DNA of 63,734 nucleotides, the filler included. It is 7 parts of 7 records of this genome, joined end to end, with 100 filler letters (N's around TTAATTAATTAA, not from the genome) between each part and the next. Parts side by side here need not be neighbours in the genome. Positions count along the whole stretch, not along the records: positions 22,351 to 40,415 come from SRR31156797_18194; positions 40,516 to 51,192 come from SRR31156797_18201; 5 more parts are not named here. One strand, written 5' to 3'. The notes below the pieces were generated by a model. It made no database searches. It had not been told where the DNA came from and saw only the letters and a program-made list of their open reading frames with translations. Below, in pieces: positions 39,894 through 50,111 of this stretch; within the stretch, counting starts at the first letter, position 1; each line of letters begins with the position of its first letter. The translations under genes were made by a program, and so were the position numbers.

Positions 39894-40054
39894 TCCAGGT
39901 GCTCTTAACGAGCTTAATAGGGAACCCCGTTAGAATCGGGGATGGACCCGCCGCTGTGATCGGGGACGAAACCTGTAATATGCCACTGTCTGAAGGTTGA
40001 GGATGGGAAGGCGCAGGGAGTAGGATGATCCGTTAGTCAGAAGACCTGCCTGGA
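39894..40054 (+). ncRNA. Cobalamin (B12) riboswitch
   Basis: AGGTG...TTAATAGGGAA...CCCGCCGCTGT...GCCACTG...GGGAAGGC...AGTCAGAAGACCTGCC; P1 TCCAGG/CCTGGA. Confidence 0.93.
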
Positions 40055-40115
40055 GAGCACGATACCCTTTCGAGGACAAAAAGGGCGCCGTATGACTCTG
40101 AGGATAAAAATGGGT

Positions 40116-40157
40116 AATCCCCGGGTCGGAATTTTTCCGATCCGGGGATTTTTTTTT
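40116..40157 (+). terminator. Intrinsic terminator, likely riboswitch expression platform
   Basis: AATCCCCGGGTCGGA...TCCGATCCGGGGATT stem (about 15 bp) followed by a T-run. Confidence 0.8.
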
Positions 40158-40162
40158 GCAGG

Positions 40163-40321
40163 CCGGGTTGGTGTGTGCCCACGATCGAAGACGACATCCT
40201 GGTGTTCGGTACGGAAGAGAACAGTGGAAAGGACTTAATGGAAACGATGCAAATGCCCAATATTACGGATAAAATTCCGCATCTTGAGTGGAATGTCCGT
40301 GAAGAGATATTGAATCAGTAA
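40163..40321 (+). pseudogene. Internally deleted relic of an ASKHA/RACE gene
   Basis: Frame reads PGWCVPTIEDDILVFGTEENSGKDLMETMQMPNITDKIPHLEWNVREEILNQ*, matching RLGCVATIEDDVLVFVPEE and QDFMEAMQLPHMTDKFPHLEGIVRDEILNQ* of 36753-38807. Confidence 0.85.
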
Positions 40322-40415
40322 TGGGAGAAAGGAGGTGCCGACTTAAGACATTAGATTCATGCGTAAATCCTTAATAAGGTCAACCGTAAGAAAGGAGAGT
40401 CCAAATGGCTAAGCA

Positions 40416-40515
40416 NNNNNNNNNNNNNNNNNNNNNNNNNNNNNNNNNNNNNNNNNNNNTTAATTAATTAANNNNNNNNNNNNNNNNNNNNNNNNNNNNN
40501 NNNNNNNNNNNNNNN
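40416..40515. other. Artificial contig spacer 4
   Basis: N44-TTAATTAATTAA-N44. Confidence 0.97.
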
Positions 40516-40803
40516 CCGGCATGATCCGAAAAGATGAAAAATAATTGATTGCTTTTACTTTATATCTGTATTAAAATGAGGGATTCTACAAACCCATAAT
40601 GTCTGCTGAATTTAACATAGAAAATCGTTTCAGTTTACAAAAAATATCAAAGAAAATATGGCATCGGGCTCCCTTGTTTAGGAAGGATAACGATAAGTTT
40701 TTATCCCAGTTCTGTTATGATAGAGTGTAGAGTTCTACTAATATACTGTAGACTAATATACAAAACAAGGAAACTTGTATGCAACAAAAGGAGCTAAAAC
40801 AAA

Positions 40804-40980
40804 ATGGTAGCAATTATTACTGTCGATGAATGTGTCGGTTGTGGAACATGTATAGATGAATGCCCAGCAGAGGCAATTACACTCAACGGTGACAACATCG
40901 CAATCGTAGAAGCAGGAGACTGCCTCGACTGCGCTGCATGTATCGATGTCTGTCCAACAGACGCAATCGCAATGGAATAA
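40804..40980 (+). CDS. 2x[4Fe-4S] ferredoxin, 58 aa (absent from ORF track)
   Basis: [25 protein letters not shown]...[20 protein letters not shown]; two CxxCxxCxxxCP motifs; SD AAGGAG. Confidence 0.95.
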   Translation: MVAIITVDECVGCGTCIDECPAEAITLNGDNIAIVEAGDCLDCAACIDVCPTDAIAME

Positions 40981-41126
40981 GATTTACTCTTTATTCCACA
41001 TATTTTTCTTTTCTATTCTTTTTTATCTGGAAGTTTTTGCATCGGCTACTTGCATAATTAATATTTGATGCAAAATATATATAACTCAATAACTTAATTA
41101 GTATTGAAATATAATCAGGTGAGACT

Positions 41127-41864
41127 ATGTCAAATGTCAGTATGATAAGAACAATATTCATGGCAATACTGTTACTGAGTTGTACTGCCACAACCGTGTA
41201 TGCATCGATGTTCGAGCTTGAAATAGTACCAATTTCCACGGTAAATGAAGATCCCACTGTCTATGACAGTACAATGGCATACCGAAAGATCAGTGTGATT
41301 GGTAATTTAACGGAACTTAGCAAACAGTCCGCTATTCTTACTGAAAACAGCGATTCTTTAAAGATCGATATTTCCAAAATAGAGCTTTTTGACGGATTCA
41401 ACGTTACTGAGCAGGTGCTTATGACAGGGGAGTTCATATATGACCCACTGGGGGAGAGCACATTCATTCCTAATTACGTTTTGCGTTATCCTATCGTTGA
41501 CATGGGACTTGTGAATATAACTGACGTCAATGCGGCTGAATCATACCACAATGGGAAATACATCACAGTTACCGGAAACCTTAGCAGATTGGAAATGAGC
41601 ATGGGCAGATATACTGCGATCATTGAAGACGAAGAAGGTAATTCCATGAAAGTATTTTACTACGGGTCCACTGAACTGGAAACAGGACACATTGTAAAAG
41701 TGTCCGGCCTCTATAATGGAAACATCCTGCATAGTGAAAACATGGCCATTAACAAGTCACCTCTTTCACTTACCACACTTGTACCAGGATTCTCCCTGGT
41801 CCTGGGTGCAATTGCAATTCTATCCGTGGCGTTACTTTTAAAAACAGGACAGCGTAACGACTAG
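41127..41864 (+). CDS. Archaeal surface protein with OB-fold-like domains and PGF-CTERM-like sorting signal
   Basis: Signal peptide; C-terminal VPGF + TM helix + basic residues. Confidence 0.65.
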   Translation: MSNVSMIRTIFMAILLLSCTATTVYASMFELEIVPISTVNEDPTVYDSTMAYRKISVIGNLTELSKQSAILTENSDSLKIDISKIELFDGFNVTEQVLMTGEFIYDPLGESTFIPNYVLRYPIVDMGLVNITDVNAAESYHNGKYITVTGNLSRLEMSMGRYTAIIEDEEGNSMKVFYYGSTELETGHIVKVSGLYNGNILHSENMAINKSPLSLTTLVPGFSLVLGAIAILSVALLLKTGQRND

Positions 41865-41872
41865 AGATCATC

Positions 41873-42577
41873 ATGTTAATCATATTATCAGTCGGTGGAT
41901 CTATACTGGCAAAAGAACTTAAACCTGACAGCTTTATGGCATATGCTGAAGCCCTTAAAGAACTCTCAAAGGACCATGATATTCTAGTCGTAACCGGTGG
42001 CGGTGCAGCTGCAAGAGATTACATTGGAGTAGTACGCAGCTGCGGTGCCAACGAGGTCGAGTGTGATTATATAGGCATAGACATAACCCGCCTGAATGCA
42101 AAGCTCCTCATTTCTGCATTGGGCGATGCTGCATACCCGGAACCTCCAAAGGATTACAAAGAGGCACAGAAGGTACTCTCATCTGGAAAGATAATTGTAA
42201 TGGGTGGCGTTATTCCCGGGCAGACAACAGATGCCGTAGGAGCCATACTCACTGAATACCTGGGCGCAGACCTCTTAGTAATACCAACAGCTGTTGACGG
42301 TGTTTATTCTGCTGATCCCCGTGAGAATCCGGATGCTGTAAAGTACGAAACAATGACAGCAAAGGAACTTGTTAACACAGTAATAACAACTGAAATGAAA
42401 GCAGGATCAAAATCGCCCGTGGACCCCCTTGCCGCAAAGATAATAGAGCGTTGTAACATTGAAACAATTGTAATGGATGGAAGCGATCCGCAGAATGTCC
42501 TGAAGGTCATAATGCAGGAAAGCGAAAACCACGGAGAGAAAAAAAGCGTTTACCTGGGTACACGCATCGTTAATTAA
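41873..42577 (+). CDS. pyrH: UMP kinase (archaeal type)
   Basis: LSVGGS, VTGGG..ARDYI, MGGV.PGQTTDAV, VDGVYSADP, DPLAAKIIER. Confidence 0.93.
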   Translation: MLIILSVGGSILAKELKPDSFMAYAEALKELSKDHDILVVTGGGAAARDYIGVVRSCGANEVECDYIGIDITRLNAKLLISALGDAAYPEPPKDYKEAQKVLSSGKIIVMGGVIPGQTTDAVGAILTEYLGADLLVIPTAVDGVYSADPRENPDAVKYETMTAKELVNTVITTEMKAGSKSPVDPLAAKIIERCNIETIVMDGSDPQNVLKVIMQESENHGEKKSVYLGTRIVN

Positions 42578-42599
42578 AATAAAAACTTTTTGTGGCTTT

Positions 42600-42938
42600 T
42601 TAGATATAAGCCACAAGATACTCTGTTTCTTCTTCCTTTGGAGAAACAACATTTTCTAGTTTATCAGTGGACACCTTGAGGGACTCGATGGTCTGCTCAA
42701 ACTTTGCCATCTTCTCTTTTGCCTGCCTTACCTTCTCGTTTTCAGCTTCAAGTTTATCCATGAGAACCTTGCGCTGATCTTCAGGGATATCAGCATTGTC
42801 GATTTGTTTTTGATAATTCAAAGACAGTTTTAGATATTTCCTGAACATTTCATTCATTAGATCAAGGTCGTTTTCCAATTCTTCTATTGTTTTTACCATA
42901 CGAGAATTCACACTCCTTAAAATGAACGGAATGTCCAT
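42600..42938 (-). CDS. Hypothetical coiled-coil protein
   Basis: 112-aa E/K-rich heptad pattern; no recognised motif. Confidence 0.55.
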   Translation of the reverse strand: MDIPFILRSVNSRMVKTIEELENDLDLMNEMFRKYLKLSLNYQKQIDNADIPEDQRKVLMDKLEAENEKVRQAKEKMAKFEQTIESLKVSTDKLENVVSPKEEETEYLVAYI

Positions 42939-43096
42939 TCATTTAATCTGCAGGCTTAGTGTGCCATTAGTCTACACTTAAAAGGATTGGATACTACTAT
43001 ATAAGAATATCTATTCTTTACGATATAATCACAATCATCATAATGATATATTGCAATAGAAAAAAGAACAAAACTATTAACAGACCATGTTATCTG

Positions 43097-43615
43097 TCAG
43101 ATCATACACAACTGGAAAGTCGTTACATCCGGGTTTGCTGCCTGTGCAGCCTTGATTTCCTCTTTATATGAGATTAGAAGATCTACAAAATCCCCATCTG
43201 CTTCAAGATAGTCAACTATAGGAACGTCATCAGGAATCTCCACAACGTCATAACCATTTATTTTGAACATTGCTTCAAGTATCTCTAACTTTTCGTCCCT
43301 CGGACCTTCTTTTATCAGTTCAATTGCCATGTTATCTTTTACTCTTTCACACCTGTCGCTTCCCTCAAAGACAGACAGGCCTGCTTTCATGGCATTAGAT
43401 GCTGCAAAAATGTGAAGGAGACATGCATTTCCCTCTTCGAACATGTCTCCAACTGCTTTCATGCCTTCTAAAAATCCCTTCTTGATAAATTCGTTTATGT
43501 CCAAACCCATTTTGAGAGCATCTACAGCTACTTTTTCTGCACATTTCTCATCAAAATTAAGAATCGAATCCTTTGCTTTTTGCATGAGTGATTTTGAATC
43601 TGATTCCTGAGACAA
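43097..43615 (-). CDS. Degenerate corrinoid-protein homolog (B12-binding cap domain, no DxHxxG)
   Basis: GFLEGMKAVGDMFEEG...AMKAG cap; EGPRDEK at the GDIHDIG position followed by MFKINGYDV.....DVP; truncated. Confidence 0.65.
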   Translation of the reverse strand: MSQESDSKSLMQKAKDSILNFDEKCAEKVAVDALKMGLDINEFIKKGFLEGMKAVGDMFEEGNACLLHIFAASNAMKAGLSVFEGSDRCERVKDNMAIELIKEGPRDEKLEILEAMFKINGYDVVEIPDDVPIVDYLEADGDFVDLLISYKEEIKAAQAANPDVTTFQLCMI

Positions 43616-43916
43616 TGTATCAGCCCTTTATGTTGGATTTGCTGCATTTAGAGCTGCATTTCTGAATGCAACCAGTAGCAAAATGCACTGATATTACATA
43701 ATATATAAATTCGTCGATTAAAATAACCAGATTTATAATGAATATACATAATTAAATAATAAAATATTAGATAAATATCAGATCGTGTTTTGAGGAATAA
43801 AATATGACATATATAGAAATAAAATAGACACAGAATACGAAATTCAAATCAAAATAAGATCACTTTGAAAATTAAAAAGATAAGAAATGCATCCACAATG
43901 GATGCAAAATACAAAT

Positions 43917-45044
43917 TTACTTTCCAAGGACTATTCTTGCGATATCATCACCGACATCAGATGTGCCTGCAGAACCGCCCATATCGTAGGTCTGTACCTT
44001 AGCATTAAGGATGTTTGTCTCAATTGCAGAAACAATGGAATCTGCAGCTTCCTTCTCACCCATCTGTTCAATGAGCATTGCACCTGCCCAGATAGTTGCG
44101 ATAGGATTGACCTTGTTCTGGTTCTTGTACTTTGGAGCTGAACCATGAATTGGCTCGAACATACTTGTACCTTCAGGATTGATGTTTCCACCAGGAGCAA
44201 GACCAAGTCCGCCCTGTACCATTGCACCAAGGTCTGTGATGATGTCACCGAACATGTTCGGGGTTACCACGATATCGAACCATTCAGGGTTCTTGACAAA
44301 CCACATGGTCATTGCATCTACGTAATTGAAGTCTGTAGTGACATCAGGATGCTTTGCAGCAATTGCATTGAACTCTTCTCTCCAGAATCCATAGATATCT
44401 GAAAGAACGTTTGCCTTGTCCACAGATGATACATGTTTCTTGCTTTTCTCAGCAAGGTCGAATGAATAGTTGATAACTCTCTGTGTTCCTTCTTTTGAGA
44501 TCATACCGACCTGATAACCAATCTCTTCGCTGTCAGTCTCGATATCAAGTCCGAACTTAGCGTTGTAGAGTGTCCTGTGAACTTCAAGAAGGTCCTTGCT
44601 GGCACCCTTCTTTGCGCGTCCACCAATTCCAATATAGAAGTCCTCGGTGTTTTCCCTGACAACTGTGAAATCAATATCTGCTGGAGTCTTGTCCTTAATA
44701 GGGGTCCATACACCTTCAAGCAACTTGATAGGACGGAGGTTGATGTACTGGTCGAAATAGAACCTTGCAGCAAGCAGGATACCTTTCTCAAGCACACCTG
44801 GTGCTATTCTGTCATCACCAATTGAACCAAGGTAGATTCCCTTGTAACCTGAAAGTTCTTTCAGGGAATCCTCAGAGATAAGTTCCCCTGTTTCAAGATA
44901 GTGGTCTGCACCGTGTGGGAACTCTACCCAATCAACATCAAATCCAAATTTCTCTCCTGCAGCATCGATAACCTTACGACCTTCGGCTATGATCTCAGGA
45001 CCTATACCGTCTCCTGGAATTACAGGTATTTTATACTGTGTCAT
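43917..45044 (-). CDS. leuB: 3-isopropylmalate dehydrogenase (isocitrate/isopropylmalate family)
   Basis: [45 protein letters not shown]; adjacent leuD. Confidence 0.85.
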   Translation of the reverse strand: MTQYKIPVIPGDGIGPEIIAEGRKVIDAAGEKFGFDVDWVEFPHGADHYLETGELISEDSLKELSGYKGIYLGSIGDDRIAPGVLEKGILLAARFYFDQYINLRPIKLLEGVWTPIKDKTPADIDFTVVRENTEDFYIGIGGRAKKGASKDLLEVHRTLYNAKFGLDIETDSEEIGYQVGMISKEGTQRVINYSFDLAEKSKKHVSSVDKANVLSDIYGFWREEFNAIAAKHPDVTTDFNYVDAMTMWFVKNPEWFDIVVTPNMFGDIITDLGAMVQGGLGLAPGGNINPEGTSMFEPIHGSAPKYKNQNKVNPIATIWAGAMLIEQMGEKEAADSIVSAIETNILNAKVQTYDMGGSAGTSDVGDDIARIVLGK

Positions 45045-45094
45045 GAATTACTCCTAATATAGTATTTTGATAATATTCGAATATTCGTGACCGA

Positions 45095-45574
45095 TCAGAT
45101 GATCTGTCTTGTGTACTCGATCAGTCCGCCGGCATCCATGATGCCCCTAACGAACTCAGGCAGAGGTGTTGCCTGATACTCTTCGCCTTTTGTGACGTTC
45201 TTTATCACACCTGATGCAAAGTCAACATCAAGCTCATCCCCATCATCTATATTGTCGGTATCAGGACACTCAAGCAGTGCAACACCGATGTTGATGGAAT
45301 TCCTGAAAAAGATACGTGCGAATGACTTGGCAATCACACAGCTGATCTTTGTTCCTTTCAATGCAATTGGAGCGTGCTCTCTTGAAGAACCGCATCCAAA
45401 GTTGTTACCGGCAACGATGATGTCACCTTCTTTGACCTCTGTAGGGAATTCAGGCCTAACGCCTTCAAAAGCATGTGCTGCAAGTTCCTCCGGGGTATTC
45501 ATTACCAGATACCTTCCAGGGATCACAGCATCAGTATCAATGTCGTCTCCGAATTTCCAGACTCTTCCGCTCAT
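45095..45574 (-). CDS. leuD: 3-isopropylmalate dehydratase small subunit
   Basis: GDDIDTDAVIP, NFGCGSSREHA, SFARIFFRNSINIG. Confidence 0.88.
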   Translation of the reverse strand: MSGRVWKFGDDIDTDAVIPGRYLVMNTPEELAAHAFEGVRPEFPTEVKEGDIIVAGNNFGCGSSREHAPIALKGTKISCVIAKSFARIFFRNSINIGVALLECPDTDNIDDGDELDVDFASGVIKNVTKGEEYQATPLPEFVRGIMDAGGLIEYTRQII

Positions 45575-45764
45575 GTTTACACCTAATTAGTATTATTTGA
45601 TAAATATCATTAATGGAATTGAAACTATACCTTAGATAGCATCATCCTAAATAATACTACTGGCAAATCAATAATAGTAGAAATATCTTGCAGAGTAAGA
45701 ACTGCAAAAACTGCAAAGGACTATAACAGAGATCATTAATAGTAGCAACCCTAAGTTTAAGGCA

Positions 45765-46208
45765 ATGGTCAGCAAAAAGGATCAGCTCATATTGTCCATA
45801 CTGCAAGAAGGAGCCAGGACCCCGATATCAGAGATAGCAAAAGAAGTAGATCTCAGCGAGAACGGAGTCAGATACAGGCTTGAAAAACTGGAAGATGAAG
45901 GATACATCAAGAACTATACAGTATTGCTGAACCCTAAAAAATTCGGAAAAAGCACTTTTGCGATCATCAATCTGGAAATGGAACCTAAAAAGACAAGAGA
46001 GAGCATCAAAAAACTGATACTTATAGATGAGTTCATCAAGATATACCAGACGACCGGTCAATATTCGATCAAAGCATTCGGACTTTTCAATGATGAAGAA
46101 GAGATGACCAATTTCATAAACAATCGTCTTCTATATGAGATACCGGTCCAGAATTACAGTGTTGAGATAGTAACTAAAAGTATCAAGGACAGCATATATC
46201 TTATTTGA
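45765..46208 (+). CDS. Lrp/AsnC family transcriptional regulator
   Basis: D..ILSILQE.AR....EIA..V.LS...VRYRL.KL...GYI..YT; divergent from leuD. Confidence 0.9.
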   Translation: MVSKKDQLILSILQEGARTPISEIAKEVDLSENGVRYRLEKLEDEGYIKNYTVLLNPKKFGKSTFAIINLEMEPKKTRESIKKLILIDEFIKIYQTTGQYSIKAFGLFNDEEEMTNFINNRLLYEIPVQNYSVEIVTKSIKDSIYLI

Positions 46209-47040
46209 TCAAACGTTTGTACCAGACATTCATACTTTCAATACCACCTGAGATGTTGGTGTTGTTCACAAGAGTGCCTGCATAGACGTAGGAGTTACGT
46301 GAAAATACTGTGTTCATACCATAGGATCTCGCCCTTGCGATCGTATACGCTGTTATGGTATTCATTTCACGCATCTGTTCTTCCATCTTACCCAGAAGAT
46401 AGTAGGAATAGCCTTTACCCCTGAATTCAGGCAATGTTGCAAAATCAGTCATCTCAACATTACAGCTGGCAACATCCACCTCACAGGATGCTATCGCAAC
46501 GAGTTCCCCATCCTTTCTAATGCCAAAATAGATCAGGTTTTCATGCATCGTCCTTAGAAGATATGCAGGATCGTGTATAGGGAACGGATAGCTCGAAAAT
46601 ACATGACCATAGATCCCTGCCATCTCCTCAATATCATTTTCATTGCAAACAGAACACTCTTCGTCATCTGATAGTTTCACTTCCTTAGGAATTCCAAGCT
46701 TTGACAGAGCGGAACTCAGAACATCTTCAATCACTTCTGGAGACTGCTCCCTTGCACGTTCTTTTGAAAGGAACTTTGACATAAAACTTGCACCTTCGTC
46801 ACCATTATACATCCCGGGCACATGAGCCTCTTCAACATGACCCATATCCTGAAAATGTTTCCTTGCAGATTCGGGTATCTTAGAGAATATCTTTGAATAA
46901 CCACTATCTTCGGCCAGCCTCTCCACATAAACAGGTACTTCCTGACTATCACCGGGTGCAAGTTTGATCAGATAGATGCGATCATTGAAAGGACCATGCT
47001 GGATGACGGAATTGCTGATCTTAAGAATCTGGTCATTCAA
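46201..47040 (-). CDS. ablB: beta-lysine N6-acetyltransferase
   Basis: [56 protein letters not shown]; likely TTG start at 47040 overlapping the ablA stop. Confidence 0.9.
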   Translation of the reverse strand: MNDQILKISNSVIQHGPFNDRIYLIKLAPGDSQEVPVYVERLAEDSGYSKIFSKIPESARKHFQDMGHVEEAHVPGMYNGDEGASFMSKFLSKERAREQSPEVIEDVLSSALSKLGIPKEVKLSDDEECSVCNENDIEEMAGIYGHVFSSYPFPIHDPAYLLRTMHENLIYFGIRKDGELVAIASCEVDVASCNVEMTDFATLPEFRGKGYSYYLLGKMEEQMREMNTITAYTIARARSYGMNTVFSRNSYVYAGTLVNNTNISGGIESMNVWYKRLIK

Positions 47041-48346
47041 CGTTTCTTCTCTCCATACGCTCAGTATCTTCAGGTACAAGACTTGTCGCATCATCAAAAT
47101 CAGACAGTAATTTTGCTATACCTACCGATTTGGATTCCTGGGCATCATCAAGTTTCAATTGTAGCTTGCAATCATCGCATTCACGGTCACAATAAACAGC
47201 TTCATACGAATCAGGTTCTGAATAAGTAGTTATCACACCTTCATAGTTCCTCAGAATAACCTTGTTAGTGGACCATGATAACAGATAGTTCGGCATCACA
47301 GGTATCTTACCTCCACCACCCGGAGCATCAATAACGTAGGAAGGGATGGCAAAACCACTTGTATGACCTATAAGGTGCTCCATGACCTCCATACCTTTAC
47401 CCACAGATGTCCTGAAATGAGTCAGACCTTCCGAAAGGTCGCACTGGTACAGGTAATATGGCCTGACCCTATTCTCAACCAGCTTATGGAAGAGTTTCTT
47501 CAATATCCTATAACAGTCGTTCACACCTGCAAGTAGAACGGTCTGGTTCCCAAGAGGAACACCTGCATCAGCAAGTGTTCTCAGTGCCTGTCTGGAGGAA
47601 TTGGTCACTTCACGAGGATGATTGAAGTGAGTATTCACCCATACTGGATGATGTTTTTTCAATACATTCACTAAATTGTCAGTAATACGATAAGGCAATA
47701 CCACAGGCATCCTGCTCCCTATTCGTATAACTTCCACGTGAGGAATAGCCCTCAGTTCGGTCAGTATCCAGTCAAGATACTCATCCGAAAGCATGAACGG
47801 GTCACCGCCAGAGAGCAGTACATCCCTGACCTCCGGAGTGTTTGCTATGTACTCGATACCTTTGAGCACCTCGTCCCTGTCAGGTATGGAATCAACATCT
47901 CCTACCTTTCTTTTTCTGGTACAATGCCTGCAATACATCGAACAAACATTGCTTATGTGGAAAAGTACCCTATCAGGATACCTATGAGTAATCCCAGGGA
48001 CAGGACTATCGTGGTCCTCACTTAACGGATCCTCCATTTCATTGCAGGATACCATGAGTTCATGAGGAGAAGGGAAGGATTGCATGAAGATCGGATCGTT
48101 CCTGAAATCCTCGGCTTCAATCAATGATAAGTAATAAGGAGTGATGGATAAAGGAAATGTATCAAGTGTTCTTTCAAGTGCTTTCCTTTCTTCCGGTTCA
48201 AATTTAATATTAAGAAGAGTCTCGAATGTATCGATATTTGTGACTGAATGTCGTAATTGCCATTTCCAGTCATTCCATTTTGTAAGAGGTTCTTCAGATT
48301 CAATTCTATCAACAATGCTTTGTTGCCTGTTCTCGTATGATCTCAT
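47033..48346 (-). CDS. ablA: Lysine 2,3-aminomutase
   Basis: [15 protein letters not shown], radical [36 protein letters not shown] 48346. Confidence 0.93.
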   Translation of the reverse strand: MRSYENRQQSIVDRIESEEPLTKWNDWKWQLRHSVTNIDTFETLLNIKFEPEERKALERTLDTFPLSITPYYLSLIEAEDFRNDPIFMQSFPSPHELMVSCNEMEDPLSEDHDSPVPGITHRYPDRVLFHISNVCSMYCRHCTRKRKVGDVDSIPDRDEVLKGIEYIANTPEVRDVLLSGGDPFMLSDEYLDWILTELRAIPHVEVIRIGSRMPVVLPYRITDNLVNVLKKHHPVWVNTHFNHPREVTNSSRQALRTLADAGVPLGNQTVLLAGVNDCYRILKKLFHKLVENRVRPYYLYQCDLSEGLTHFRTSVGKGMEVMEHLIGHTSGFAIPSYVIDAPGGGGKIPVMPNYLLSWSTNKVILRNYEGVITTYSEPDSYEAVYCDRECDDCKLQLKLDDAQESKSVGIAKLLSDFDDATSLVPEDTERMERRNVE

Positions 48347-48574
48347 TAAATCACTTACTCGTATGATGTACAGAAGATGATGGAAAAACAGAATGCTACA
48401 GGGAAAGACAGATTCTGCCAAATGCAATGATCATTAAAAGCAATCTGCCGTAGATGATCTTCTGTATTTATATATATGTTCTAACCGTCCCAAACAACTA
48501 TTTGAGACAATATATAATTTGTTTTAAGATACTGCAGAAAATAGCCATGATATTTGCAGATACACAATAAAAAC

Positions 48575-49831
48575 TTATCGAATAATTGCCGGATCATCGC
48601 CTCCGTGCCAGCTAAGACGTGGCCTCATCCTGATTATGTGGGAAGCTTCGGTATTGTCATCAACAACAAATGCCACACCTTTTTCAGAACCCATTTTCAT
48701 GATAGAGTCACCAAAATTATCTTTCATGTAAGTTGGCCGGACTGATTCAAGTACACCGATATCATCCTGGGATGTGAGACGATGACAGATTATTATGTCC
48801 GACTGCGAAAGCACATCTGGATGGATAGATGAAGGACGCTGTGTAGCAAGCACCAGTGAGAGACCAGGTTGACGGCCCTGTTTTAGCCATTCGTTTAGCA
48901 GAGCATCAGATGCAAGGGTTCTTCCTTCAGGTGGGAGGAACTGCTGGGCCTCATCAATGAATAACCAGACCATAGGGATCCCTTTTTCAACATTTTCATC
49001 TCCCATCATAATTCGCTCATAGGAACGCCTGGCTTCAAGCCTTAAATGATAGATACTCTTTGCTATGGAACTGACCAGTGCAGATCTAACTGACTCACTC
49101 TTTATGGTACTTACATCAATAACTGATGTAGAACCACCTTTGACTATTTCCCCGATGCCTTCAATTTTCCTTGAAAATATACCCCATGATGCTGCAGTGA
49201 TGAAATTATTTTCAGCTGCGCCTTTTGCAACTGCATCGGAGTACTTGTCTTCTGTAATTTGCCCGAGAATATCATCAAATGAAAAATCTGTTTTCTCTTT
49301 CAGACTCTCAATTGTCCTGACTATAAGAACACCAGAAGGAGAAACAGCATCAATTCCAAAGAGCCTGCACCACTCATAGCCATCGACCTGGGACAGGGGA
49401 ATTGAAAGTGGCTTTACTTCAATATGCCTTTCCTCATAACTTTTCAGGCTGCCTGCAGGTACAAAAACCTCAACTTCGAAAGCTTTTGCATCCATTCCCC
49501 ATTCACCAATGACCGAGCTTTGTGCCTCATTGCTTTTGCCAAGTGTCCAGAAAATACCCATGGTGTCAATAACGACTGAAGAAACTCCGTTCCTGGCATT
49601 TTCAGGAAGCATCATTAGTCCTTCCATAAGAACCGCCATGGTGTAGGACTTGCCATACCCTCTTTTTCCTGCAATGAACACCGCATGAGGTTTGTTCACA
49701 TTAAGGGAAACATGGGAACCTGAAGACCTGTCACGTGCAAGATACCTTCCAAGATAAAGGAGAACATCGTCACCATCTCCACCAAGAATATACTGTTGTT
49801 TGGACACACCTGCATTTAAAGAGCCTGACAT
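48575..49831 (-). CDS. HerA/DUF87-like P-loop ATPase
   Basis: Walker A GKRGYGKS, Walker B LFIDEAQ, GRQPG, LATQRP. Confidence 0.8.
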   Translation of the reverse strand: MSGSLNAGVSKQQYILGGDGDDVLLYLGRYLARDRSSGSHVSLNVNKPHAVFIAGKRGYGKSYTMAVLMEGLMMLPENARNGVSSVVIDTMGIFWTLGKSNEAQSSVIGEWGMDAKAFEVEVFVPAGSLKSYEERHIEVKPLSIPLSQVDGYEWCRLFGIDAVSPSGVLIVRTIESLKEKTDFSFDDILGQITEDKYSDAVAKGAAENNFITAASWGIFSRKIEGIGEIVKGGSTSVIDVSTIKSESVRSALVSSIAKSIYHLRLEARRSYERIMMGDENVEKGIPMVWLFIDEAQQFLPPEGRTLASDALLNEWLKQGRQPGLSLVLATQRPSSIHPDVLSQSDIIICHRLTSQDDIGVLESVRPTYMKDNFGDSIMKMGSEKGVAFVVDDNTEASHIIRMRPRLSWHGGDDPAIIR

Positions 49832-49960
49832 AATGATGTGCAAAGCAAACTAACACTATATATTACTTTTTATTTTGACTTAACTTTTAAAAAGTACAGT
49901 TTAATATATTAAAAGAAGGGGGCTGCAATACACTTTGATAAATATTAGGAGAGGGAAATT

Positions 49961-49977
49961 GAAAAGCTATATATATA
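49961..49977 (+). promoter_or_regulatory. Archaeal BRE/TATA promoter
   Basis: GAAAAG followed by TATATATATA, with the TATA starting about 27 nt before the structured element. Confidence 0.55.
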
Positions 49978-49994
49978 GCCATTCATATGTAGAT

Positions 49995-50111
49995 GTCGAG
50001 GAATCTCCGCCATCACATCATTCCCCTCTGATACATTACTTCTTTTGACAAATGTATCATACCCCAAACTTCACCCAAACCATCATTATGCGAGGTTCCT
50101 CGTTACTTTTT
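49995..50111 (+). ncRNA. Candidate small RNA (about 115 nt)
   Basis: Closing stem CGAGGAATCTC(C)GC 49997-50010 / GCGAGGTTCCTCG 50090-50102; inner 9-bp stem TGATACATT/AATGTATCA; C-rich G-poor linkers; T-tract 50107-50111. Confidence 0.55.

Noticed and set aside
41862-41879. Pyrrolysine read-through of the TAG ending the PGF protein
   Set aside because: It would add only about five residues after a complete sorting signal and run into pyrH; no supporting evidence.
35697-43615. Linking the bacterial corrinoid cluster with the archaeal corrinoid-like gene and ferredoxin
   Set aside because: They are on different contigs separated by the spacer at 40416-40515.
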